Below, piece after piece: positions 25,204 through 33,398 of a stretch of 50,110 nt of DNA. Within the stretch, counting starts at the first letter, position 1. Each line of letters opens with the position of its first letter. The DNA lies in IMG/VR virus record IMGVR_UViG_3300001765_000072, positions 1 through 50,110 of that record, one strand, 5' to 3'. The notes beneath the pieces are model-generated. The model did not search any database. It was not told the DNA's origin and saw only the letters and a list, made by a program, of their open reading frames with translations. The stretch is from a virus. The position numbers were made by a program, and so were the translations under genes.

Positions 25204-25779
25204 TTAAAATAGTTTCAGTTCGGGCTTATCCGGTAGTATCAGTTTACCGTTAAACCAGGCCGGTTCTATTTGCATTTTTCGCCGGCCGAATTCCATCAGG
25301 CAAACCGCGTCCTGGGTCTTCAGGGTAACGTTTATACCTGGGTAAATCCCCTTCGCGTAGGCCCGGTACCGGCCTTTACGGTCGGTAACTGTTTCGCCTG
25401 GTATCTTATTTCCCAGCCCTAGAAAGGTTTGCCAGCTGCGGGGCGCTACCGGGCAAACCGGCAGCTTACATATCCTGGCAATAGTTACGGCCTGTACGTG
25501 GCTGGCTATCATTGTTTGAAGCCTGTAAATAATACCCAGGTTTCCCTTATTTTCAGGGTCGCCGGGTTTTATTTTTTCGTCGCTTTTCATTTCAGCCATA
25601 TGCAAGCCTACGCGTTCTATTAATACGGTTATCTGTTCGCCGGCGGCTTTTTCTTTTACTTCGTTCAGCAGGTCAAATAACCATACCGGGTTTTCTTCCA
25701 GCGGTGCCGCTGTCGCATTGGTTCCGTTCCATATTGAAACGCCGCCGCTGGCGCCTGGGTCTATTCCGATTATAAACAT
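25204..25779 (-). CDS. RuvC-like Holliday junction resolvase
   Basis: MFIIGIDPGASGG, LIERVG and TQDAVCL at the positions of the RuvC catalytic acidic residues. Confidence 0.65.
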   Translation of the reverse strand: MFIIGIDPGASGGVSIWNGTNATAAPLEENPVWLFDLLNEVKEKAAGEQITVLIERVGLHMAEMKSDEKIKPGDPENKGNLGIIYRLQTMIASHVQAVTIARICKLPVCPVAPRSWQTFLGLGNKIPGETVTDRKGRYRAYAKGIYPGINVTLKTQDAVCLMEFGRRKMQIEPAWFNGKLILPDKPELKLF

Positions 25780-25994
25780 TCGGCTGCTGTTATTTGGTAC
25801 TGGCGAAGCTGTAGACGTTTCAGTAAAACGTTTTCCGCTTTGGCCGTTTCCATTTTATCGCACTTCCTGAAGTTCCATAATCTTACGGCCAGTTCCAGGT
25901 AGGTAATGGCCGCTATGGCCTGTTCGTTCGTACGGCAGCTATTTATAACGGCCGCCGCCTTGTTTTTTTCTGCTTTAAACTTGCTTTCTTCCAT
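25770..25994 (-). CDS. Hypothetical protein
   Basis: 74-aa ORF. Confidence 0.45.
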   Translation of the reverse strand: MEESKFKAEKNKAAAVINSCRTNEQAIAAITYLELAVRLWNFRKCDKMETAKAENVLLKRLQLRQYQITAAECL

Positions 25995-26247
25995 CTTTGA
26001 AGCCTTTAGGGTAAATAAAAGGGTTTTCTACTACCAGGGCAACCGGCGGCGGCGGGGCGCCGTAACATACCTGGGTTAAATAAATCCGCTTAGTGTTTTG
26101 AATTAAAAGTAAATCCGCTTCGCTTAGTTCCCAGCAGCTGGTCACTTCGCCCAGGGGCCCACCGTTTAAATGGGCCGGTAATGGTATAACGCCTTCCTGG
26201 TCTTTGCCTAGAATAACATTCTGCGCTTTAAATGGTATCGCTTTCAT
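25975..26247 (-). CDS. Hypothetical protein
   Basis: 90-aa ORF. Confidence 0.45.
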   Translation of the reverse strand: MKAIPFKAQNVILGKDQEGVIPLPAHLNGGPLGEVTSCWELSEADLLLIQNTKRIYLTQVCYGAPPPPVALVVENPFIYPKGFKDGRKQV

Positions 26248-27109
26248 TGGTTTTAAGGTATAAAATTAAAGGTTTGTCTTCGGCTATTAGCCTGTCAAAA
26301 ACTGCCATTATTAGCAGCTGGTTCTGTTTAGAAATAGCCCTGGCGTTCAGTAAATCTAAATTACTACCTTCTATAAGGTCTTCCAGTACTTTTACTTTAT
26401 GTTCGCGTCTTAAGTCCTTATCGGCCCATAATTCGCGCTTCGCTTCAGCTATAGCCTGTTCGCCTGGCGCCAGGTCTTCTTCGGCTATATAACCGTTTTC
26501 GCCCAGTATTTCGACTACGCGGCCGCTGGCAGTAAACCAGGGCTTTACGTCCTGTTCGCGGTACTGTTCGAAAGCTTCTATAATAAGCTTTAAAAACTGG
26601 GCCCTTATAAAAAGTACCTGCGGCCCGGTTAGTTCCTTTTCTTCTACTTTCTTCTTCTGTTCGGCTTTATACCAGGCGGCGTTTTTCCGCTTCTTATAGG
26701 CCACTATTACCCGGTCGAAAAATTCTATGGAAAGTTCCCGGTAGTGGTTTCGTTCCGGTTCGCCCCTTCCATTTTTCGGTAAAAATTGATCTAATTCGCC
26801 CTGGTACAAAAGTTCGAAGGCTAGCTTTAATTCAGGCCAGCTTAAGGTAGGGTAAAATTTCAGGGTGTGCTTAAATAGCATTTCTGCTTCCACCTGGGTA
26901 ACCGGCCGGCCCAGGCCAATTACCATATGAAGGGCGCCGAAGTACTTTCTGCTAAATTCCGTATTCTGCGGTACCGTTAACTGCTCTATAGGTTGTTCCA
27001 GGCTAGTTTCGCATACCATACGGTCTATAGTGGGCAAACCTTCTACCAGGCTTAATACCTGGCGCCGGTATAGCACTATTTGCGGCGGGGTGTATAAAGT
27101 TAGTTCCAT
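26228..27109 (-). CDS. Hypothetical protein (replication-module associated)
   Basis: 293-aa ORF with a 1-nt overlap to the initiator-like gene. Confidence 0.55.
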   Translation of the reverse strand: MELTLYTPPQIVLYRRQVLSLVEGLPTIDRMVCETSLEQPIEQLTVPQNTEFSRKYFGALHMVIGLGRPVTQVEAEMLFKHTLKFYPTLSWPELKLAFELLYQGELDQFLPKNGRGEPERNHYRELSIEFFDRVIVAYKKRKNAAWYKAEQKKKVEEKELTGPQVLFIRAQFLKLIIEAFEQYREQDVKPWFTASGRVVEILGENGYIAEEDLAPGEQAIAEAKRELWADKDLRREHKVKVLEDLIEGSNLDLLNARAISKQNQLLIMAVFDRLIAEDKPLILYLKTNESDTI

Positions 27110-27834
27110 TACCAGCTTATTTTTTCGTTAGTAGTCATTACAAGCTTACCAGCCTGCCGGTCGCGGCGCAGCCAGTTACGTACAGTTAGCGCCCAGTCTG
27201 CCTTTTTTTTCGGCGCCGTTCCAGTTTTCCCGCGGGCCCAGTCGCTTACCTGGTTAAAATAATAAACCAGGTCTATACCGGCTTCGGCTTCCTGGTTAAA
27301 CATTGTTTCCCAGGCTTCATACGTACCTATAGGGCTACTTATAAAAGTATGAAGCTTCGCCGGCTGGGCCGCGGGCCCTGCTTCTTCAAATAATAAATTA
27401 TGGTATACTTTATTATTATTCTTATACTGTAAACTTTCGTTTACACTACCTGTAAACTGTGGTTTACAGCCCTGTAAACTTTGGTTTACAGGTTCAACGT
27501 CGTTAAAAAACAACTTTGTATAACTGGGCCCTATCCGGTACAGGGTCTTCGTCATTTTTTGGCAGTCCTGGCTTTTTTCCAGCAGGCCGGCGGCTAGCAG
27601 GTTTTCCATACGCTTTATAATACCCTGCCGCGTCGTTATTCTAAGTAAAGGAAGCCCCTTCATTATCAGGGTATGGCTTACCCAGTAAAAAATACCAGCC
27701 GGCGTTTCTACCGGCTGGCAGCCGCCGCTGGCTATAAATTCCTTTACGTAGTCCAATATAGCCAGGTCGGTAAAGTCAATATCCCAGCCGTTCTCTATAG
27801 CAGCCCTTTGGTCTATTAGAATAGTGTACTTCAT
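27109..27834 (-). CDS. Winged-helix replication initiator-like protein
   Basis: N-terminal wHTH-like TRQGIIKRMENLLAAGLLEK; position in the replication module. Confidence 0.4.
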   Translation of the reverse strand: MKYTILIDQRAAIENGWDIDFTDLAILDYVKEFIASGGCQPVETPAGIFYWVSHTLIMKGLPLLRITTRQGIIKRMENLLAAGLLEKSQDCQKMTKTLYRIGPSYTKLFFNDVEPVNQSLQGCKPQFTGSVNESLQYKNNNKVYHNLLFEEAGPAAQPAKLHTFISSPIGTYEAWETMFNQEAEAGIDLVYYFNQVSDWARGKTGTAPKKKADWALTVRNWLRRDRQAGKLVMTTNEKISW

Positions 27835-28526
27835 TGGCCTAGCTGTTTTAAACCATGCGGCTGGTTAAACGTATCTACTATAGCCATATTGGTAGGGTCT
27901 GCATTCGGTACCAGGGTAACTACCGGAAACCTGGAAGCTTCGCCGGGGTGTTGGCTTTTAGCGAAGTTTACTACCAGGTCGAAGGGCTGGAAGGCTAAAG
28001 TTTTACGTACCTGTAAAACCGTATCGAAGGCCCCTATTATCTGCGGTATACTGCTTTCTTTGCCGCGGGTTGTAAACTGCCAAAAACCCATAACGCTACG
28101 TACTTTAGGAAGTAGGAAGTTTAGGGTTAATTCGTGAAGCCAGCCGTACTTTGTCGGCCATTTTTTCGCTATTTCTTCTAACAGCGCCGGCCGTTCTGCC
28201 AGGGTAATAGTTAGGTATTTACTTTCCTTTTCGTTCCATACTTCGAAGGTTTCACCGTCGCCCCTGGCGCAAACTTTACCCTGGTCGTTATAGTATACCA
28301 TCCTTTCCCTACAGCTTTGGTTTTGGTCGTCGCTTATGAAGACTACCGTTATACGGTTCTGCTTCACATAAACAGCGTCGAAGTAGCTGGCGTAGTCGCC
28401 GGTAGCTATAAAGTAGTCTAAGCTTCGCGGGTAACCGTTGGCCGTCTTTTCGCCTATCTTAATCTTACCTATACGCGGTAACCGCAGGCTGGTAGGTTCC
28501 TGCGGTCTTATTATTCTGCCGTTCAT
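27831..28526 (-). CDS. Hypothetical protein next to the exonuclease (possible annealase or RDF-like family)
   Basis: N-terminal LRLPRIGKIKIGEKTANGYPRSLDYF motif. The function is not established. Confidence 0.5.
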   Translation of the reverse strand: MNGRIIRPQEPTSLRLPRIGKIKIGEKTANGYPRSLDYFIATGDYASYFDAVYVKQNRITVVFISDDQNQSCRERMVYYNDQGKVCARGDGETFEVWNEKESKYLTITLAERPALLEEIAKKWPTKYGWLHELTLNFLLPKVRSVMGFWQFTTRGKESSIPQIIGAFDTVLQVRKTLAFQPFDLVVNFAKSQHPGEASRFPVVTLVPNADPTNMAIVDTFNQPHGLKQLGQ

Positions 28527-28535
28527 ATTTTAGGG

Positions 28536-29642
28536 TTAAATAGGTAAATCTTCGGGGTCGTCTTCCATATCTAGCATAGCGTCGAAGTCGGCCTGGCCTG
28601 GCGCCGGTGCCGGTTCGTTTTCCTTTTGGAACCGTTCAACAGCCATAAGTACTACCTGGTCTACGCCCAGGGTCTTTACGTTCGCTTCCAGCGGTTTGTT
28701 TAATTCCATTACGCCGCTTACCAGGGTCGTTTCTACGTCGCGTTCTGCCGCTTCTATTTGTGCTATAGCTAGTAAATGGTCAAACTTGAAGCTTTTAGCG
28801 GTATCGGTTTGGTCTTTCAGTTTGTAACCAGGGTTCGTACGCCAGTCAGAAGGCGCCCAGTTAAAACACTTCTGTACCGGGTATTCCGTAAAATAGTTAT
28901 TCCATATGGTACGGTATGCCTTCAGCTGTACTTCGTGGCTTTCATAAAAACCGTTACGGCCGCTTTTAATGTCAACTATGGCGCGTACCCGGCGCGTCAT
29001 TTTCGTTTCCTTCGGTTTCCCGGCGTTCGCCCCGGTTTTATAAACTTCGCCGTAAAACCCGCTTTCTTCTATGTTCATTTCGCCCACTATATCAATAGCG
29101 CCGCCCAGCCCTAGCTTTTCGTCTAGTAACATCATTTCTATAGCTATGGGCTTAAAATCGACGTCTACACAAAACTGCGCGAAGGCTGCCAGGTCGCGCT
29201 TTAACTTTTCAGTCCATTTAAGGCATTTAAAAGCCAGTTTTTCGGCTTCGACGTACGCGGCCACTACATTAACTACCTGGTCTAAGTCATAGCGTTTATT
29301 GATAAGGAAAGTACCAATTTCCCTATGTAAAAGGGTGCCATACGCCGCTGCTTCGTCGCGCAGTTCATTAGCACGTTCCCGGCCGTGTTGCGCTATCCAG
29401 TCAATAAGGTAAGGGCTGGTAGGTAGGCTGGCTGCTATGAAGCTGGTAACGCTTATAGCAAACTTCGGTTTATTGTTTTCGTCGAAGACAAAGTAAAACC
29501 GGCGGCCGCGGTTATCCATCCGGTATACCGTTCGCGGTTTCAATAAAATAGCGTCTTCGTCGAAGTACTGGGCTTTGATCTGCTCTATAGTCAGGTCTTC
29601 GCCGTAAGTTAATTTTTTCGCTTCCATCGTTTCAGTTTTCAT
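28536..29642 (-). CDS. PD-(D/E)XK (RecB/YqaJ-like) exonuclease
   Basis: GTLLHREI..., GGAIDIVGE, AIVDIKSG and HEVQLKAY fit the H...D...(D/E)xK...QxxxY pattern. Confidence 0.65.
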   Translation of the reverse strand: MKTETMEAKKLTYGEDLTIEQIKAQYFDEDAILLKPRTVYRMDNRGRRFYFVFDENNKPKFAISVTSFIAASLPTSPYLIDWIAQHGRERANELRDEAAAYGTLLHREIGTFLINKRYDLDQVVNVVAAYVEAEKLAFKCLKWTEKLKRDLAAFAQFCVDVDFKPIAIEMMLLDEKLGLGGAIDIVGEMNIEESGFYGEVYKTGANAGKPKETKMTRRVRAIVDIKSGRNGFYESHEVQLKAYRTIWNNYFTEYPVQKCFNWAPSDWRTNPGYKLKDQTDTAKSFKFDHLLAIAQIEAAERDVETTLVSGVMELNKPLEANVKTLGVDQVVLMAVERFQKENEPAPAPGQADFDAMLDMEDDPEDLPI

Positions 29643-29653
29643 TTAAATTAAAA

Positions 29654-29917
29654 TTAGTTCCAGTCGAATAAAAAATTCGGGTCGCACTTCGTTACGGTGC
29701 AAATTTTAACGATTATTTCAGGCGTAATACTGGTAAGCTGTTTACCGTTTATCCAGCGGCTTAACAGCTGGCGTTTTCGGGCCAGCTGCTGTTTACGGTT
29801 CGGGTTAACGTTATCAGGTATTACCTGGTCTGCGAATTCGCCCTTAGTTAGCCTGGCTTCCTTTGGGGCCTGTTCATTGTAGCGGCTTAGCGCGCTTTCG
29901 ATACGTAGCGTTTTCAT
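29654..29917 (-). CDS. XRE/Cro-like HTH regulator
   Basis: 87 aa; LTKGEFADQV...LLSRWINGKQ...IIVKICTVTKCDPNFLF. Confidence 0.5.
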   Translation of the reverse strand: MKTLRIESALSRYNEQAPKEARLTKGEFADQVIPDNVNPNRKQQLARKRQLLSRWINGKQLTSITPEIIVKICTVTKCDPNFLFDWN

Positions 29918-29942
29918 AAATACTTTTTTTTAAAATGTTGCC

Positions 29943-29974
29943 GCAAATTACAAACTTTTGCAATATGTAGCAAA
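29943..29974 (-). promoter_or_regulatory. Candidate promoter: TTTG, 20 nt, TAATTTGC
   Basis: Minus strand aggTTTGctacatattgcaaaagtttgTAATTTGCgg, between a terminator and the HTH gene. Confidence 0.35.
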
Positions 29975-29993
29975 CCTTTGTTAAATAACAGAT

Positions 29994-30022
29994 AAAAACC
30001 GGGGCGCCGGTGAAGGCGCCCC
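29994..30022 (-). terminator. Intrinsic terminator (hairpin copy A)
   Basis: GGGGCGCC-ggtgaa-GGCGCCCC, followed on the minus strand by GGTTTTTAT. Confidence 0.65.
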
Positions 30023-30028
30023 TGGTTC

Positions 30029-30490
30029 TTATTCTTTACCCGCGATTAGCATTTTTACGGCGTCGTCTTTTAACAGGCCGTTTTCTGCCAGTTTCTGTAC
30101 TACGTGCGCGGCAAATGTCATATCGTACCGGGCTTTAAATTCTGCGGCGTGGCCCTGGGCTATTTTCTTAATCTGTTCAGGTATTCCATTCCAGCCGCCC
30201 TGGTATTCCAGTTCCTGTTTTATGTAGTTTTCTACGGTTAACATTTCGCTATTATTTCGGGCCTTTATTTTAGCAGTTTTTACGCCTTCTTCAATAGCAG
30301 AAGATATAACCCGGTAAAGGGTTTTTTCTACCTGTTCCTTAACTTCCATTACTATCTGCTTTTCTACCCTGGCCTTAATACTTTCGTTTATAGCCTGAAT
30401 AGTTCTACCTATAATAAACGTTTTTAAACCTGCTTCTAGGTCTTCGTCATTTTCCAGGTAAAAATCTTCTACTTCAATTACTATTTTCAT
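30029..30490 (-). CDS. Hypothetical helical protein flanked by duplicated terminators
   Basis: 153-aa ORF. Confidence 0.55.
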   Translation of the reverse strand: MKIVIEVEDFYLENDEDLEAGLKTFIIGRTIQAINESIKARVEKQIVMEVKEQVEKTLYRVISSAIEEGVKTAKIKARNNSEMLTVENYIKQELEYQGGWNGIPEQIKKIAQGHAAEFKARYDMTFAAHVVQKLAENGLLKDDAVKMLIAGKE

Positions 30491-30506
30491 CTTTTAAATA
30501 TATAAG

Positions 30507-30539
30507 GTTAAAAATTAGGGGCACCGGTGAAGGCGCCCC
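30507..30539 (-). terminator. Intrinsic terminator (hairpin copy B)
   Basis: GGGGCACC-ggtgaa-GGCGCCCC, followed on the minus strand by TAATTTTTAA. It is 26/27 identical to copy A. Confidence 0.55.
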
Positions 30540-30547
30540 TGGTTAAA

Positions 30548-31630
30548 TTATCGGGTTAAAATGTTTCCGCTTATTGCCATCAGTTCGCGGCCGCGTTCCG
30601 GTTCCAGGTCGCGGGCTACAGCCCCTACAGCCTGGGCCATCTTCCATAACGAAGAAGCCCCTACTACGCCGTCGTCGGGCCGGTTATTCATAAATACCTT
30701 TTCTACCTGGTCTACTTCAGCCTTCAGCAGGCCAAGGGCCGGCAGCGCCTTTATTTCGGCTACGGCGTCTATTTCGGTAGCGCTGGCCTTTTCTACTTTG
30801 GCCTTAAATTCCTGTACGTATTCGGGCTTAAAAAACCCTTCCATTACGTCGGTAACCAGGCTGGCCTGGGTATCGGTATCTAGGTCGTAGGTACGCTGGC
30901 TTAACTTCAGGTCTTCCGGTAACTGCCGGCCCAAGTGTACCTGCTTCAGGCTGCTATCTATTACCATACCGTTTAAACAAACCGCCTGCATTCCGAATAA
31001 ATTTACTTCCAGTTTCCCGGCCCCGAAGTCGCTATTTTTCAGCTGGGCGCCCAGTACCATATAAACGGTTCCGTTATTCGGCGTTTCAATCTTAATAAGG
31101 TCGGGCCGTATCACTTCTACGAAAAACCGGGTTTCGCTAGTGTGTGCGTCTACCAGTACTGCCTGCTGGCTGCTGGCCGCGGTCAGGAAGTTACCGACTA
31201 TCTGCCGGCTATCCAGGCGCCGGTACCGGTCGCTTAATACGCCGCGTAGCTGGCCGCCTACGGTGCGAAGTAATACCTTTTCCCGGCCGCTGTTAAAGGT
31301 ATGTTTGTTCAGTATCTGTACCGCCAGTTCCTTCTTCCAGGCTTCGCCTTCTGCCAGGTCTTTAAGGTACCGGGCCGGTACTTTGTTTCGTTCGGCCAGC
31401 TGGCCCAGCGCGTGGCTGTTCAGGGCCTTATCTTCGGCCCAGTTTTGGTTTACCAGGTTAGCCTTAATCTGTTCGCCTGCTACCAGGAAGGCTAACATTC
31501 TGAAGGGCGCTACGTAGTCCTGTAGCAGGTTCAGGTCGTTATCCAAAGTTTCAAAACTAATTTTAGCTACTTCTACGCCTTTAGCGATACGCTTAGCTAC
31601 GCGTTCCTGTAAAATCTGTTCGTATTCCAT
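30548..31630 (-). CDS. DUF932-like protein
   Basis: LSDRYRRLDSRQIV, LKNSDFGAGKLEV and AVCLNGMV resemble DUF932 signatures (SDrY, NSHDGS, C.NGM). Confidence 0.5.
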   Translation of the reverse strand: MEYEQILQERVAKRIAKGVEVAKISFETLDNDLNLLQDYVAPFRMLAFLVAGEQIKANLVNQNWAEDKALNSHALGQLAERNKVPARYLKDLAEGEAWKKELAVQILNKHTFNSGREKVLLRTVGGQLRGVLSDRYRRLDSRQIVGNFLTAASSQQAVLVDAHTSETRFFVEVIRPDLIKIETPNNGTVYMVLGAQLKNSDFGAGKLEVNLFGMQAVCLNGMVIDSSLKQVHLGRQLPEDLKLSQRTYDLDTDTQASLVTDVMEGFFKPEYVQEFKAKVEKASATEIDAVAEIKALPALGLLKAEVDQVEKVFMNNRPDDGVVGASSLWKMAQAVGAVARDLEPERGRELMAISGNILTR

Positions 31631-31648
31631 AGTCGTTATAAATAAAAA

Positions 31649-31894
31649 TTAACTAATTAAAAAATAAGGGTCTGAATTTTCTACTGCTATTAAGGCGGCC
31701 AGCTTTAAAGCTTCGGCCAGGGTTACTATTTCAACCGGTCTAAAAATAATGTCCGATCCTTTGTAAATACCTTCGGGCTGGGCCGCTGTCTTTACCTTTA
31801 TGTAGTGTGCGCAGTCGGTAACCGCGTATCTACCTGGGTACATTTCGCTAAGTACCTGCTTAAATAGTTCCAGTCGGTTATTCATATAAATCAT
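31649..31894 (-). CDS. Hypothetical protein (start may be the ATG at 31885)
   Basis: 81-aa ORF. Confidence 0.45.
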   Translation of the reverse strand: MIYMNNRLELFKQVLSEMYPGRYAVTDCAHYIKVKTAAQPEGIYKGSDIIFRPVEIVTLAEALKLAALIAVENSDPYFLIS

Positions 31895-32333
31895 TTATAA
31901 GGTTTTCTATTTGCTTTTCGAATTCGCCCAGCTGGGCTGTAGTAAATAAATCCATAGCCTGGCCGTCGTTATCGTACTGGCCCCAGGTGTAAAATGTTAC
32001 CCTGGTTTCGTCTTCCATAGGGCCCCAGCCTTCGGTTATTTCGTAGTTAACTTCTACCAGGAAGTCTACGTATTCGAATATATGGCTATGTGTACCGTGT
32101 TCGTCGAAGGGCTGCCAGGCTTCTACCTGGTCTTTTATAGCCTTCCGTACCTGGGCCATAAACCAAAGGGCCAGGGCCGGGTTTTTCAACTTCGAACGCT
32201 GGGCCTTACTTACGCAGGTTTTGTAAATGTTCAAATGTGAACCGTCGGCCTTGTTCAGGGTTTCCAGCCAGGTACTGCGGGCTGCCAGGCGCCTAAAGAA
32301 TTCTCCGCCTAGATAAAATTCTAACTGTTTCAT
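31878..32333 (-). CDS. Hypothetical protein
   Basis: 151-aa ORF. Confidence 0.55.
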   Translation of the reverse strand: MKQLEFYLGGEFFRRLAARSTWLETLNKADGSHLNIYKTCVSKAQRSKLKNPALALWFMAQVRKAIKDQVEAWQPFDEHGTHSHIFEYVDFLVEVNYEITEGWGPMEDETRVTFYTWGQYDNDGQAMDLFTTAQLGEFEKQIENLINDLYE

Positions 32334-32387
32334 TTTTTTAAAAGTTATGGCCGGCGCCCAGGGTTCCAGGCGCCCGGCCGGTTTATA

Positions 32388-32633
32388 CTATTGGAATAGT
32401 GCACTAAATTCTGCTTCTGCTTTATGGCTGCTTATCCAGGTATTAAGATTTTCATACTGGAAGGTTAGCCACTTCGCGAAGTTCAGGCGCTGCCGGTTCT
32501 GTTCGTTCAGGTCTGCCTGGGCCTTTTCGTCGGCCATTTTCCAGCCTATTGTTTCCTGTACGTCGGATAACAAACTAGCTACTAACATACCTACGCGGGT
32601 ATCTTCGAAGTCGTAAAGTTCTTCAGTTGTCAT
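32388..32633 (-). CDS. Hypothetical acidic protein (start moved to MTTEELYDF)
   Basis: The internal ATG at 32633 avoids a 52-nt overlap with the upstream ORF. Confidence 0.45.
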   Translation of the reverse strand: MTTEELYDFEDTRVGMLVASLLSDVQETIGWKMADEKAQADLNEQNRQRLNFAKWLTFQYENLNTWISSHKAEAEFSALFQ

Positions 32634-32644
32634 TTTCTTATATA

Positions 32645-32902
32645 TTAGCGTGAAACAAAAATAAATTCTATACCGCGGCGCAGCTTTACGCTGCATTCAT
32701 CCAGGCCCTTATTATAAACGCGTTCTATCAGGCTACAGGCCAGCGGCCAGTTACCTACCAGGTCTACGAAGTTTTCAGTACTTACCATACCGTTACGGTC
32801 GGCAGACTTTACCCGAATAATAAAATCTTTGTCTACAGTAGTGTAGCTTACCTGGCGTCTTTCTTTACGCCTGGTATCATTATAATAAAAACAGTTTTCC
32901 AT
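32645..32902 (-). CDS. Hypothetical protein, first gene after the non-coding hub
   Basis: 85-aa ORF. Confidence 0.5.
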   Translation of the reverse strand: MENCFYYNDTRRKERRQVSYTTVDKDFIIRVKSADRNGMVSTENFVDLVGNWPLACSLIERVYNKGLDECSVKLRRGIEFIFVSR

Positions 32903-32924
32903 TGTGTGAAGTTTTTAAGTTTAG

Positions 32925-32977
32925 CAGCCTGGTAGCGAATCGAACGCTACGCCTTCAGTATTTCAACCGTTCAGGCT
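32925..32977 (-). other. tRNA-like 3' half (T-arm plus acceptor strand), not a complete tRNA
   Basis: Minus strand AGCCTGA-N21-TAGCG TTCGATT CGCTA CCAGGCT G: canonical T-loop TTCGATT with a 5-bp stem and 6/7 acceptor pairing. No D arm or anticodon arm. Confidence 0.35.
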
Positions 32978-32992
32978 TCCTATTTCAACCGT
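32959..32992. repeat. Two 12-bp direct repeats TATTTCAACCGT, 22 bp apart
   Basis: Copies at 32959-32970 and 32981-32992, 57-90 nt upstream of the first early gene. Confidence 0.7.
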
Positions 32993-33180
32993 GTTATTTA
33001 TTTTACGCTTCCAGTTAGCATTTTTTCAGTTCGTGATTTACTACCCGGCCAGTACTCGCTATTTCTGTTCTAGCGTGGTTGTCTATAACCTTGTAATGTA
33101 CTGGCTACCATTGCCTTTAGCCTTTCTAACACTCGGATTTCCCTATCAATACGTCAATGAACAGGTACAAATATCGGGCT

Positions 33181-33305
33181 TTTGCGCTATTTCGCAAACA
33201 TTTGCGCGGTTATTTTTGCGTATGTTCGCAAATATCTACGTAACTATCTGAATTACTGGCAGATTATTTTTAATTCTAGCGAACATTTCGTAAAACATTC
33301 GCAAA
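33181..33305. promoter_or_regulatory. Array of six TTTGCG / CGCAAA half-sites (operator, tandem promoter or origin candidates)
   Basis: TTTGCG at 33181, 33201 and 33215; CGCAAA at 33193, 33227 and 33300. The minus strand reads nAnnTTTGCGAA three times. Confidence 0.4.
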
Positions 33306-33367
33306 AGTTCGGGCCGGGTATTTTCACCTTCCAGCGCCAGGCTGTCTAAAATCGCCTGAAAATGGGC

Positions 33368-33398
33368 AAAAAAAAGGGGCACCTGTTTAGGGTGCCCC
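33368..33398 (-). terminator. Intrinsic terminator ending the late/lysis transcription unit
   Basis: GGGGCACC-tgtttag-GGTGCCCC, followed on the minus strand by T8. Confidence 0.7.

Noticed and set aside
32925-32977. A complete tRNA gene
   Set aside because: Only a T-arm and acceptor-like helix are present. The 21 nt between them cannot form D and anticodon arms, so it is reported only as a tRNA-like fragment.
33048-33105. 8-bp inverted repeat GCCAGTAC...GTACTGGC enclosing two small hairpins (cloverleaf-like fold)
   Set aside because: An 8-bp inverted repeat within a ~500-nt region is about what chance would give, and I cannot assess conservation.
32991-33251. 86-aa plus-strand ORF in the non-coding hub
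   Set aside because: Its hydrophobic, low-complexity product spans the repeat arrays. It would be the only plus-strand gene, and there is no supporting signal.
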